Shown: positions 46,620 through 56,511 of the stretch, one piece after another
Numbering within the stretch: the stretch's first letter is position 1
How the letters are laid out: each line of letters opens with the position of its first letter
Notes under the pieces: generated by a model
Seen by the model: the letters and a program-made list of their open reading frames with translations, nothing else
What the model was told of the DNA's origin: nothing
The model's database searches: none
Source of the DNA: a virus
Lineage: Duplodnaviria; Caudoviricetes
Virus record (IMG/VR): IMGVR_UViG_3300033072_000249
Location: 1 to 64,000 of that record
Reading direction: 5' to 3' (one strand)
DNA length: 64,000 bases
Translations under genes and position numbers: made by a program

Positions 46620-49600
46620 AACTGACGGCGTGCATGAAGGTCGTCTCGAAGATGGGCGAGATGGACCAGGAGTCCTTGCTCGAGCGGCTAGACCGCTACA
46701 CCGCCGACGGCGTTCCGAAGGACCGCGCGCAGGTGATGGCCGCCGCGGACACTCTGGCCGAGCTCCAGGATGAGCGCCGCGAGTTCATGCGCCTGCTGCG
46801 CGAGCAGCACCCGCAGCTGTTCGTGGTGACCAACGTCATCCCCGAGGACCAGGACGTCGACCCGGATGCGCCGGACATCCAGCGCAGCCCCGGCCGCAGC
46901 GAGGAAGAGATCGCGGTCGCCAGGGCTGATGGCTGGACCATTGCCGACAACGACCTGCCGTCACGAGAGGCAGCGGAGCGCATCGTCAAGCTGCGCACCA
47001 AGGGCAACAGTGTCGTCAAGCCGATGCCCGCCTGGCAAGAGGCCGAGGTGCGTGTTGTCGAGAGCGACAACCCAGGCCTCTGGTCAATTGAGGTCCGCAA
47101 TCCTGGCATCCAGCGCAGCCCCGCACGCGACATCACAGACACCCCTGAGTTCAAACGCTGGTTCGGTGACTCCAAGGTGGTTGACGAGAAGGGCGCACCG
47201 CTCGAGGTCTATCACGCAACTGGCGCCAAGTTCAATGCGTTCGACCCGGGCAAGACGGGGTCTAACTACCCATCCTACGCAAAGCGTGGGTTCTTCTTCT
47301 ACCGCTCCCAGCAAAGCGCGACCGAGCGCGCATACGAGTTCGGCAGCAACGCCAGGCTGAAGCGCGTCTATTTGAGCCTGCAGAACCCACTCGTCGTCAC
47401 GGCTCGATCGAAGGGATCTGCCGAGGAGTGGTTTGACCGAAACAATCAGACCCTCTACTCGCGCGCCGAGAAGGCTGGCTCTGACGGCATCATCGTCAAG
47501 GTCAATCCTGACTCTAACGATTATGCGGCGGAGGAGATCTTCATCGCATTCGAGCCGACGCAGATCAAAAGCTCTCGCGGCAACAATGGTCAGTTCGACT
47601 CCAGCAACGCAGACATTACGCGCAGTCCGGCGCGCCAGACGGAGACGCCTGAGTTCAAAGAGTGGTTTGGCGACTCGGTGATGACCGAGGATGGTCGACC
47701 CGGCGGCGAGCCAATGACCCTCTACCACGGCGGCTTCAATTTCGCCGATGCTCCGACCGGCAAGGCCGTTCCCAAGACCGGCAATCGTGGCTCGCTCGGC
47801 GTCGGCTTTTACATGACGCCAGACCAATCAAGGGCCCAGGAGTATGCCGACGAAAACGATGGCGTTGTGACACAGGTCTACGTCCGCATGAATCGTCCGC
47901 TGGAGATTCGCATTGGTCGCGGGCAAGATCCCATGATTGAGGCCCTGGTTGAGCTTGGCATGCCGCGCGGCAAGGCCGAAACCAAAGTCGAGAGCGCCTA
48001 CGAAAAATACGGCTACATCGGTAGCGAGGTGAAGAAGCTGGCCCTCGATGCTGGCTATGACGGCCTGATCGAGTACATCGATGGCCGCATGTCGGAGGTC
48101 GTTGCCTGGACTCCCACCCAGGTGAAGTCTGCCACCGACAACGATGGCCAGTTCAGTTGGAATCCTGACATCCGTCGAAGCTCGGCGCGCAGCCCATCCG
48201 CGATCTTCGGCCGCGACATCGCGCCAGTCGCCATCAAGGCCTACAAGTCACTGTCTCCTCGCGCAAAAGGAATCATTGACGGCTGGAATGTGAACTGGTC
48301 CATGGGTCAAGGCAAGCTGCGCGACAGCGATGCGTTCGCCGAGGTCATGGCCGCCTACGAACCCGTGCGCGAGAAGCTGCGCCAGGTCTACGGCGACACC
48401 ATTCCGGCGTACCGCGGAGAGCAGCGCGATGGCAATGAGAGCGAAGGCGACCGCTTCCTGTTCTCCTGGACGCCAATGCGCGAGATCGCCACCAGCTTCG
48501 CTGTGAACCGGCGTGGCGGCATGCCTCCCGAGATCCCGCAGTCCAAGGTTGACGAGCAGATCGAGGCCTACCGCAAGACCGGCATCGCGCGCCTGAATGG
48601 CTACAAGTTCGTGCGCCAAGACCCGAAGGACTGGGAGCCTGACGGCCCGGACTACTACCATATCTACTGGCGCGGCGAGATGCAGACCGACGGCGACGAC
48701 ATCGCCCAGGCCCTGCAGTCCGAGAAGGCTGAGCGCGATGAGTACATTGCCACGTTGCGCGAGAAGGGTAAGCTGTACACCGCCAACATCCCGGTCGACT
48801 CGGTGGCCTTCATTCCGGTCGGCGTCAACCTGACCGAGCCTGAGTTCGTGGCCGAGTACAACCCGCGCAAGGATGAGGCTCAGGAGGTCAAGTTCAGCCC
48901 GGCGCGCAACGACATGGGCTTCTACAGCGCCCTGGCCAAGGGCGTTGAAGACATGCAGACCAAGGCGGCTCCGGCCGGCGCCTGGAAGACCCAGATCAAG
49001 GGCCTGGTGAACAAGGGCCAGGTCAAGCAGGACGAGATCGAGTGGTCGGGCCTCGAGGACTTCCTCGACCTGCAACAGGGCAAGGTCACCAAGGACCAGA
49101 TCCTCAAATACCTGCGCGGCAACGGCGTCCAGGTGGAGGAGGTGACCCTTGGAGCAACAGGCCTCGACGACGTCGGCGAGATGTATGTCGACGAAGCCAA
49201 CGACTATGGCGATGAATGGGCCGTCTTCACCGAGGAGGGCGGCATCATCGGCGGCACCTACTCGACACAGGAGGAGGCTGAGGACGCCATGGCGTCGATG
49301 TCACAGGATCTGCCATCGAAGTACAGTAAGTACACCCTGCCCGGCGGCGAGAACTACCGCGAGGTGTTGCTGACGCTGCCGGAGCTGCCTGTCAGTACGG
49401 CCGGGTGGACTGCCAAGGAGAAAGAGGGCGACCTTGCAAGCGGCCCAATCTGGGAGGTGCGAGACGAAAACGGTAGGCGGGTTCTCGGGGTTCCGAAGGA
49501 GAATGTCCCGACTGCAGAGCAGGCCATCAAGCGCGCCGCATCGATGGAGCGCAGCAACCCCAAGAACTACAAGTCCAGTCACTGGGACCAGAAGAACATC

Positions 49601-52600
49601 GTCGCCCACATCCGCGTCAAAGACCGCGCCGATGCCGATGGCAAGCGCGTGCTGTTCGTCGAAGAGATCCAGTCGGACTGGGGGCAGGAGGGGAAGAAGA
49701 ATGGCGTCGTCAAGAGCTACAAGCCAGATGAGGTCCAGCCCATCAGTGCCGTCGAGGCTGGCAAGATGACCGCGGCGGACGAGGAGCTGTTCTGGCACTT
49801 CAAGACTCCAGACAACGTCTTCTCGATCCCCAAGTCTAAGTACGCAGACCGCGAAGCGGCTCGCGACTACATCATCCGCGAGAAGAAGATCAACTCCGGC
49901 GGCGTGCCGGATGCTCCATTCATTGGCAAAACCGACGGCTGGCTCAACCTCGCCCTCAAGCGCGTCATCGCCATGGCGGTGGACGGCGGCTACGACGCGG
50001 TGGCGTTCGTCAATGGCGACCAGTCTGCTGACCACTACGACCTGAGCAAGCGGGTTGCAAAAGTCACCTACAACATCAACAAGAACTCCATCTCGGCATA
50101 CGCAGATGACAGGCCCGGAGCGCAGTCAATCTTCACCCGCGCCGCGTCGGAAGATGAGCTTCCTGACATCATCGGCAAAGAAGTGGCCGACCGCTTGATC
50201 AGTGCTGAGCCAAACCCGAATGGCTTGAAGATTCTTCGCGGACTCGACCTCAAAGTCGGCGGCGAAGGCATGAGGGCCTTCTACGACAAGATCGTCCCCA
50301 ACGCCGTGAAGGCTCTGCTTAAGAAGACGGGTGGCGGGCAGTTGGAAATGGTGAGCATCCCGAACCCTGAAGGCACGGGCCGCACGATGGAGGTCAGCCG
50401 CAGCCCCATGTTTGGCGGCGGCCGAGAGACCATCGCCATTGCTGATGAGCCCCCACTGCAGCAGCCAGGCTTCACTATCACCGACGCCATGCGCGAGAAG
50501 GTCTCGACCGAAGGTCTGCCGCTGTTCAGCCGCAAGCGCGACGTCACCGAGACGCCTGAGTTCAAGGCCTGGTTTGGCGACAGCAAAGTGGTCGATGATG
50601 AGGGTCGGCCCATGGTCGTCTACCACGGCACCGTGGTTCGCCAAGACACCGACCGCGTGAAGAGCATGGGCGACATCCGGGCTTTCGATAGGATGTTCAC
50701 GACCCAGTTCCGCAAGCCATCTCTGGACACTGTTGGCAGCTGGTTCAGCACCAACCCTGGCGACGGCGGAGCTGAGATGTACTCCGGCCGAGGTCAAGGC
50801 AGCGTCATCTACCCAGCCTACCTTTCCATCCAGAACCCACAGGTCACAACTTTCCAGCTCATGCAGCGCCGCGCGCGCCTGCTGGCCAACGGAAAAGATG
50901 ATGGCCGCCAGATCGGCGCCGAAGAGGTGGCCGCCTACCGAAAGTGGCTGCAGGACACTGGCAAGGATGGCGTCAAGATCGAGGGTAGCGGCAACGACGA
51001 CTCGACCGAGTTCGACAACCAGGTGGCCTGGATCGCACTCGAGCCGGAGCAGATCAAGAGCGCCACAGGCAACCGTGGCACCTTTGAACCCAACGACGTG
51101 GACATCACCCGCTCGCCTGGCCGAACCGCCACCGGTGCAGCATGGGACTCGCCCAGCGTCGAGAAATTCGATGACCTGGTCTACAAGCTGCAGGACAAGC
51201 TGGTCGACACGAAGCGGGTGGTCGAGGCCATCAAGACCGCCAGCGGCTCCATCGCAGACGACCTGAACGTCTACCTCCAGGAGGAGCTCTACCACGGCCG
51301 CGCCGCGAAGCGCACCGAGGACTTCGTGAACATGGAGCTCAACCCACTCATCGAGCAGATGGCCAGGGACGGCCTGAAGCTCGAGGATGTCGAGGAGTTC
51401 ATGCACGCTCGCCACGCGCCAGAGGCTAACGCCGTCATCGCCCAGCGCAACCCGGGCGTGGCTGAGCTCCAGGACGGCGGCTCCGGTATGAAGACGGCGG
51501 ACGCCCTGCAGTACATGGCAACCCTGCCGGCCGACCTGAAGCAGAAGCTCGAGGCCGCCACCATCAAGGTCGACGCCATCATCGCCAAGACCCGCGAGCT
51601 GTACGTTGACTACGAGCTCGAGTCGCGCGACACCGTGGATGCCTGGGGCCGCGTGTTCCAGCACTACATCCCCCTGATGCGCGAGGACAAGGACGGCAAC
51701 GGAAGTCCCGGCCTGGGCCAGGGCTTCAGCGTCAAGGGCAAGGAAACCAAGGGCCGCACCGGCTCGACCCGCAAGGTCGTCGACATCATGGCGAACATCG
51801 CCATGCAGCGCGAGAGGGCCATCGTGCGCGGCGAGAAGAACCGCGTCAGCCAGGCGCTGGTGGGCCTGGCCACGGCCAACCCCAACGAGGGCTTCTGGCA
51901 GGTCGATGAGGTGCCCACCGAGCGCGTCTTCAACGAGAAGACTGGCTTGGTCGAGGACCGCGTGGACCCCCTGTACAAGAGTCGCGAGAACGCCGTCATC
52001 GCCAAGATCAAGGGTGCCGACGGCAAAGTGAAGGAGCACGCGGTCCTGTTCAACGAGGAAGACCCGCGCGCTCTGCGCATGGCCCAGGCCCTGAAGAATC
52101 TGGATGCCAACCAGATCGAGGGCCTGCTCGGTGTCAGCGCCAAGATCACACGCTACTTCGCCGCCATCAACACGCAGTACAACCCCGTGTTTGGCGCTGT
52201 CAACTTGGTGCGCGACGTGCAGGGTGCGCTGCTCAACCTGAGCTCCACCCCACTGGCTGGCGACCAGGCCAAGATCGGCCGCTACACCATGTCCGCCCTG
52301 CGCGGCATCTACGCCGATGCGCGCGCCGCACGCAAGGGCAACAACCCGACTTCGCAGTGGGCAGCGCTGTGGGATGAGTTCCAGGAGGCGGGCGGCCAGA
52401 CTGGCTACCGCGACCTGTTCGCCACCAGCGCAGACCGTGCAGAGGCCATCAAGAGCACGCTGAACCCAGACGCCTGGGCTGACAGCCGCCTGGGTAAGAT
52501 CTTCACCGCCAACGGCGCGCTGAAGGTGCCCATGGCCCAGGCCAAGCGCGGCGCCGGCTGGATCTTCCAGTGGCTGAGCGACTACAACTTGGCGATGGAA

Positions 52601-53830
52601 AACGGTGTGCGCCTGGCGGCCTACAAGGCGGGCCTCGAGAAGGGCCTGTCGAAGGAGCAGGCAGCCAGCGCAGCCAAGAACATCACGGTCAACTTCAACC
52701 GCAAGGGCCAGGTCAGCCAGCAGGCTGGCGCGATGTACGCCTTCTTCAACGCCTCGCTGCAGGGCACGGCCCGCCTGGGCCAGACTCTGTTCGATATGGA
52801 GCCTGGCAAACCCAAGACCATCCGCTTGAGCTCGACCGGAAAGAAGATCGTCTACGGCGGCATCATGCTGGGATCGATCCAGGCTCTGGCCCTGGCGGCT
52901 GCAGGCTTCAATGACGATGACCCGCCCGAGTTCGCCCGCGAGCGCGGCCTGATCATCCCGATTGGTGGCAAGAAGTACCTCACGATCCCGATGCCCCTGG
53001 GATTCCATGTGATCCCCAACATCGGCCGCATCGCCACCGAGTTCGCACTGAGCGGCTTCAAAGATCCGCACGAGCGCGCACTGTCGCTGGCCAGCCTGTT
53101 CGCCGACACGTTCAACCCGATCGGCAACTCGGGCCTGTCCATGCAGACCCTGGCGCCCACCGCGCTGGACCCGCTGGTGGCGCTGACCGAGAACCGTGAC
53201 TGGACTGGAAAGCCGATCGCTCGCGAGTCAAGAAACCCGGCAATCCCCGGCCACGCCCTGGGCCGTGACACCGCTAGCTCCATCGCCAAGCTCCTGTCTG
53301 AAGGCATCAACACCCTGTCCGGCGGCAACAAGTACGTGGCCGGCGTGTTCAGCCCAACCCCGGACCAGATCGACTACCTGCTGGGCCAGGTCACCGGCGG
53401 CGTCGGCCGTGAACTGTCCAAGGTGGAACAGACCGTGCTGGCCACGGCGCGCGGCGAAGACCTGCCGACCTACAAGGTGCCGCTGGTTGGCCGCTTCGTT
53501 GGCGACGCGAAGAGTCAGGCCAGCGAGGGCGCCGCCTTCTATGCCAACACCGAGCGCCTGAACAAGCTCGAGACCGAGATCAAGGGCCTGGAGAAGGATG
53601 GCAAGCGCGCCGAAGCTGCCGAGCTGCGCCGCAACAGCAGCGAGGCCTACCTGATCACAGTGGCCAACCAGGCCGAGCGCCAGATCCAGCGCCTGCGCAG
53701 CGAGAAGCGTGAGCTGGTGAAGGCCGGCGCGCCGCGCGAGCAGGTGAAGGCTGTCGAGGAGCGCATCACCGCGGTGATGGCCCGCCTCAACCGCGCAGCC
53801 GAGGCGCTACGCGAGAAGCAGGAAGGCTGA
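46607..53830 (+). CDS. giant polyvalent protein 2 (2407 aa): multiple ART-like modules, EEIQSDW domain, LPD38-like C-terminus
   Basis: Three TPEFKxWFGDS..YHG/A..QIKS modules, one YRG..SWT..E module, FVEEIQSDWGQ, DDDPPEF..IIPI..YLTIPMPLGF. Confidence 0.92.
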   Translation: MGALKLTACMKVVSKMGEMDQESLLERLDRYTADGVPKDRAQVMAAADTLAELQDERREFMRLLREQHPQLFVVTNVIPEDQDVDPDAPDIQRSPGRSEEEIAVARADGWTIADNDLPSREAAERIVKLRTKGNSVVKPMPAWQEAEVRVVESDNPGLWSIEVRNPGIQRSPARDITDTPEFKRWFGDSKVVDEKGAPLEVYHATGAKFNAFDPGKTGSNYPSYAKRGFFFYRSQQSATERAYEFGSNARLKRVYLSLQNPLVVTARSKGSAEEWFDRNNQTLYSRAEKAGSDGIIVKVNPDSNDYAAEEIFIAFEPTQIKSSRGNNGQFDSSNADITRSPARQTETPEFKEWFGDSVMTEDGRPGGEPMTLYHGGFNFADAPTGKAVPKTGNRGSLGVGFYMTPDQSRAQEYADENDGVVTQVYVRMNRPLEIRIGRGQDPMIEALVELGMPRGKAETKVESAYEKYGYIGSEVKKLALDAGYDGLIEYIDGRMSEVVAWTPTQVKSATDNDGQFSWNPDIRRSSARSPSAIFGRDIAPVAIKAYKSLSPRAKGIIDGWNVNWSMGQGKLRDSDAFAEVMAAYEPVREKLRQVYGDTIPAYRGEQRDGNESEGDRFLFSWTPMREIATSFAVNRRGGMPPEIPQSKVDEQIEAYRKTGIARLNGYKFVRQDPKDWEPDGPDYYHIYWRGEMQTDGDDIAQALQSEKAERDEYIATLREKGKLYTANIPVDSVAFIPVGVNLTEPEFVAEYNPRKDEAQEVKFSPARNDMGFYSALAKGVEDMQTKAAPAGAWKTQIKGLVNKGQVKQDEIEWSGLEDFLDLQQGKVTKDQILKYLRGNGVQVEEVTLGATGLDDVGEMYVDEANDYGDEWAVFTEEGGIIGGTYSTQEEAEDAMASMSQDLPSKYSKYTLPGGENYREVLLTLPELPVSTAGWTAKEKEGDLASGPIWEVRDENGRRVLGVPKENVPTAEQAIKRAASMERSNPKNYKSSHWDQKNIVAHIRVKDRADADGKRVLFVEEIQSDWGQEGKKNGVVKSYKPDEVQPISAVEAGKMTAADEELFWHFKTPDNVFSIPKSKYADREAARDYIIREKKINSGGVPDAPFIGKTDGWLNLALKRVIAMAVDGGYDAVAFVNGDQSADHYDLSKRVAKVTYNINKNSISAYADDRPGAQSIFTRAASEDELPDIIGKEVADRLISAEPNPNGLKILRGLDLKVGGEGMRAFYDKIVPNAVKALLKKTGGGQLEMVSIPNPEGTGRTMEVSRSPMFGGGRETIAIADEPPLQQPGFTITDAMREKVSTEGLPLFSRKRDVTETPEFKAWFGDSKVVDDEGRPMVVYHGTVVRQDTDRVKSMGDIRAFDRMFTTQFRKPSLDTVGSWFSTNPGDGGAEMYSGRGQGSVIYPAYLSIQNPQVTTFQLMQRRARLLANGKDDGRQIGAEEVAAYRKWLQDTGKDGVKIEGSGNDDSTEFDNQVAWIALEPEQIKSATGNRGTFEPNDVDITRSPGRTATGAAWDSPSVEKFDDLVYKLQDKLVDTKRVVEAIKTASGSIADDLNVYLQEELYHGRAAKRTEDFVNMELNPLIEQMARDGLKLEDVEEFMHARHAPEANAVIAQRNPGVAELQDGGSGMKTADALQYMATLPADLKQKLEAATIKVDAIIAKTRELYVDYELESRDTVDAWGRVFQHYIPLMREDKDGNGSPGLGQGFSVKGKETKGRTGSTRKVVDIMANIAMQRERAIVRGEKNRVSQALVGLATANPNEGFWQVDEVPTERVFNEKTGLVEDRVDPLYKSRENAVIAKIKGADGKVKEHAVLFNEEDPRALRMAQALKNLDANQIEGLLGVSAKITRYFAAINTQYNPVFGAVNLVRDVQGALLNLSSTPLAGDQAKIGRYTMSALRGIYADARAARKGNNPTSQWAALWDEFQEAGGQTGYRDLFATSADRAEAIKSTLNPDAWADSRLGKIFTANGALKVPMAQAKRGAGWIFQWLSDYNLAMENGVRLAAYKAGLEKGLSKEQAASAAKNITVNFNRKGQVSQQAGAMYAFFNASLQGTARLGQTLFDMEPGKPKTIRLSSTGKKIVYGGIMLGSIQALALAAAGFNDDDPPEFARERGLIIPIGGKKYLTIPMPLGFHVIPNIGRIATEFALSGFKDPHERALSLASLFADTFNPIGNSGLSMQTLAPTALDPLVALTENRDWTGKPIARESRNPAIPGHALGRDTASSIAKLLSEGINTLSGGNKYVAGVFSPTPDQIDYLLGQVTGGVGRELSKVEQTVLATARGEDLPTYKVPLVGRFVGDAKSQASEGAAFYANTERLNKLETEIKGLEKDGKRAEAAELRRNSSEAYLITVANQAERQIQRLRSEKRELVKAGAPREQVKAVEERITAVMARLNRAAEALREKQEG

Positions 53831-54142
53831 GTAGAGCGTGGCCCCGATGGCCATCAGCGCCATCCCGGCCCACGCTCCTACCAGCAGTAGCTTCCAGAGG
53901 TCTTCGTGCATGTGGCCAATGGCCAGGCAGAAGGCGATAAAAAGAATGGCGACAAATAGCATCGCCGATTCTACAGACCTGCCAACGATTACGTGTGGCT
54001 GTTTGTGTGGCTGATTCGTCTCGCGACCACGGCCGCGCACCTGGCCCGAATTGGCTATGGCCTGCAGCGTGACGGGATGAACCCCGAGGAAGGCGGCCGC
54101 CTCCTCGAGGGACAGGGATGCAGCTGCAGGCGTGGCGATCAC
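53807..54142 (-). CDS. HTH (excisionase-like) segment fused to two TM helices
   Basis: GTG 54142 after upstream TGA; LSLEEAAAFLGVHPVTLQAIANSG then hydrophobic C-terminus. Confidence 0.5.
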   Translation of the reverse strand: MIATPAAASLSLEEAAAFLGVHPVTLQAIANSGQVRGRGRETNQPHKQPHVIVGRSVESAMLFVAILFIAFCLAIGHMHEDLWKLLLVGAWAGMALMAIGATLYSAFLLLA

Positions 54143-54143
54143 G

Positions 54144-54380
54144 TCAGTTGCCGGCTTCTCGAATAGCGCTTGCCGGCAGCCACCGCCCATCCGACTTCTG
54201 CACCATGCAGCCGGCGCCCCACCGGTACTCAGCCTTCATGCCTGAGTCCTTCCACTTGTCCTCGCAGGCGTGTTCATCCACGGCTCTCACCATTGTTGTA
54301 GTGATGAAAACCACGCCGATTATTACGCCCAGGATGGTTGCGACCTCGATCCCGAGTCCGCCGCGCTGCCGCGTCATCAC
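54144..54380 (-). CDS. small membrane-anchored protein
   Basis: N-terminal TM; CEDKW..YRWGAGCMV. Confidence 0.7.
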   Translation of the reverse strand: MMTRQRGGLGIEVATILGVIIGVVFITTTMVRAVDEHACEDKWKDSGMKAEYRWGAGCMVQKSDGRWLPASAIREAGN

Positions 54381-55147
54381 AGCTTCGCCTTATGGAGTGG
54401 CGCGCCATGCATCCTGACGCACGCTCTGACGGCCTCGAACAGCGAGGCTGGGCCCGGGTTGGAGGTGTTGAAGATGATGGTCCCGTATGGCTCACCATCG
54501 AGCTCGCCATGGCAGGCAGACATCTCGGCGCCAATCTTCTTGCAGCCTGCTGCGGCCACCATGGCCCCGACATCAATCTCGTTGACGCCACCGTCATCGA
54601 TGCCAGCCTCTTCTCGAGCCTTGAGGTGCTGCGTTGTGAATGCAAGGGAGGCATTCGCGGTGATGTCTCGCACGCGGAAGACGGAGACCATGAACTTCTC
54701 GCCATCGACCTCCACAATGTTCGACAGATAGTCTTCGTTCGTATCGGCCAGCTGCTCAGCCAGAGCAATCTCGTGCTCATCCGACTCATCATCCTTGGAG
54801 ACACCCATCATCTCATCGAGTAGTTTCTGGATGCTGGTCTGAGCCTCATCGATCGCGTCGACCGCGGCTTGCTTGCGCTCATGGCTGTCCGGCCACTTGC
54901 AGTAGCTACCCATCAGGTGGACATCACTGGGCTGCACCAGGGGAACACTGTTGATGGCAAATCGATTGCCAACGTGGTCGGTGACATCGAGGTTGACCAT
55001 CCGGTCGTTCCAGACGTAGACCACAGTCGCATCCATGGCCTGCGATGCTTTGATGACCTTGGGCTGCTCGCCTTGCAGGAACGTGGCATTTTCGTCGTGG
55101 AAATACCACACCTTGTTGCCGACCTCGGGGTTGATGATGTTGCTCAT
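54377..55147 (-). CDS. two-domain protein; N-terminal domain paralogous to 9063-9584
   Basis: MSNIINPEVGNKVWY..MDATVVYVWNDRMVN. Confidence 0.8.
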   Translation of the reverse strand: MSNIINPEVGNKVWYFHDENATFLQGEQPKVIKASQAMDATVVYVWNDRMVNLDVTDHVGNRFAINSVPLVQPSDVHLMGSYCKWPDSHERKQAAVDAIDEAQTSIQKLLDEMMGVSKDDESDEHEIALAEQLADTNEDYLSNIVEVDGEKFMVSVFRVRDITANASLAFTTQHLKAREEAGIDDGGVNEIDVGAMVAAAGCKKIGAEMSACHGELDGEPYGTIIFNTSNPGPASLFEAVRACVRMHGAPLHKAKL

Positions 55148-55163
55148 TGCTTGCTTTCGTGAA

Positions 55164-55430
55164 TCACCGGCTACCGGCCGGCGCGGGTTCTGTTGGCTTG
55201 CGAAACCAGGCCGCATCAATTTTTCCGCCGTTGATCTGCGTGGACATGTGAACCGGCGGATCAACGACGTAGACCACCTTGCTCTGAGAATACTTCGTTC
55301 GGAACCTGGCTGTGATGCGGTGCCTGGTCCACTGGCCGGCGTAAGGCGTTTCCACCTCATCGCCGACCTTGAAGTCCAGGCATTCGGGCACCGTCTTGCG
55401 GTGCCAACCGCAACAGTCAGCTGCCCTCAC
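55164..55430 (-). CDS. hypothetical protein (start uncertain)
   Basis: FKVGDEV..IDAAWFR; between RdgC and the next gene. Confidence 0.55.
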   Translation of the reverse strand: MRAADCCGWHRKTVPECLDFKVGDEVETPYAGQWTRHRITARFRTKYSQSKVVYVVDPPVHMSTQINGGKIDAAWFRKPTEPAPAGSR

Positions 55431-56319
55431 CGCCCAGCTCCTTGAGCTCGCCGCCCAAGACCTCGATCAGGTTGGGCACCAACCGGCGCAACTCACCGGT
55501 GGCGATGGTCACATCAGCATCGAAGCTAGACTTGTCTTCCTTGCTCACGCCATCGAACACGGTCTCGAGGTAGTCGACCTTCTTCAGCACCATGGACTCG
55601 GTCAGCGTGAACACCACGCGGCCCTGCCAGTTCAGGGCCAGCTTCGTCGGCAGCTTGCCCTGCTTGATGTGGTCCTTGATCTCATCGATGTCCAGGCTGT
55701 GGCGGTTGTACTTCACCACCGCCCGGTCTTCACCGGTCGACTTGAGTTCGCACTCCTGCTCGATCTGGAACTCGTCCTGGGACTCTCCATCCAGCAGCCA
55801 CGACGCCATGGCGCTCTGCGGCGTGGTGTTGGTGTTGAGCATGCGCGGCGCGAAGTTTGCGTCGGCCGCCACCAGGGCGGTGATCACCTCGTCTGCACGG
55901 CCCTGGTTCGATGCATCCAGGTACAGCATTCCGCCATCGATGTCGATCCACACCTTGACAGATGCAAACTTCGAGAAGGCGTTCGGCAGCAGCTGCAGCT
56001 TTGCGTCCTCGCGGATGTCGCGCATCTCCTTCTTCCCGGGCTTGCGGCCGGTCTGCTGCTCGATGTTGGTAGCCATCTCGTCAGCCTTGCGGCGGACCTC
56101 GTCAGTCGGCACGGCGCGCGTCTCGATGCGGTACTCCAGGATCGCCTGGCCACCCACGCTCTCGATGAGAAGTCCATGGCCCTCATGGCGCGGCGACACG
56201 AAGCCGGACGACTTTTCCTGCGACTTGCCGGCCGGCACGAATGCGATCAGGCCTTGCTCGAGCGCCTCGATGTTGATGCCGTTGGCACCCAGGGAGTAGA
56301 TGCGCAGATTTTTGAACAT
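55417..56319 (-). CDS. rdgC: recombination-associated protein RdgC
   Basis: MFKNLRIY, SSGFVSP, LLPNAFSK, DEFQIEQECELKS, PTKLALNW, FDADVTIATGEL. Confidence 0.95.
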   Translation of the reverse strand: MFKNLRIYSLGANGINIEALEQGLIAFVPAGKSQEKSSGFVSPRHEGHGLLIESVGGQAILEYRIETRAVPTDEVRRKADEMATNIEQQTGRKPGKKEMRDIREDAKLQLLPNAFSKFASVKVWIDIDGGMLYLDASNQGRADEVITALVAADANFAPRMLNTNTTPQSAMASWLLDGESQDEFQIEQECELKSTGEDRAVVKYNRHSLDIDEIKDHIKQGKLPTKLALNWQGRVVFTLTESMVLKKVDYLETVFDGVSKEDKSSFDADVTIATGELRRLVPNLIEVLGGELKELGGEGS

Positions 56320-56321
56320 GT

Positions 56322-56429
56322 TTAGCCTTCTTTCTTGATGATTTTCTGCAGGCGCTCCTGCATCGCGAGCTTCTGCTCGTGAGCCTTGGCGCCAAACTCA
56401 ACCGCCTCGTTGAACGTCTTCTCGTCCAT
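56322..56429 (-). CDS. 35-aa hypothetical protein
   Basis: CAGGAG RBS, ATG 56429. Confidence 0.55.
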   Translation of the reverse strand: MDEKTFNEAVEFGAKAHEQKLAMQERLQKIIKKEG

Positions 56430-56455
56430 TTGAAACTCCTGAAAAACGAGCCTTT

Positions 56456-56506
56456 ACTGTAGCAGAAAAAGTTGGCGCAAGAACAGATTGTTGTTTTTGC
56501 GCCAAC
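56456..56506 (-). promoter_or_regulatory. promoter/operator region with 10-bp inverted repeat
   Basis: -10 TACAGT 56456-56461 abutting GCAG-AAAAA-GTTG; GAAC-AGATT-GTTG 56481-56493; GTTGGCGCAA/TTGCGCCAAC at 56471 and 56497. Confidence 0.6.
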
Positions 56507-56511
56507 CGTTT

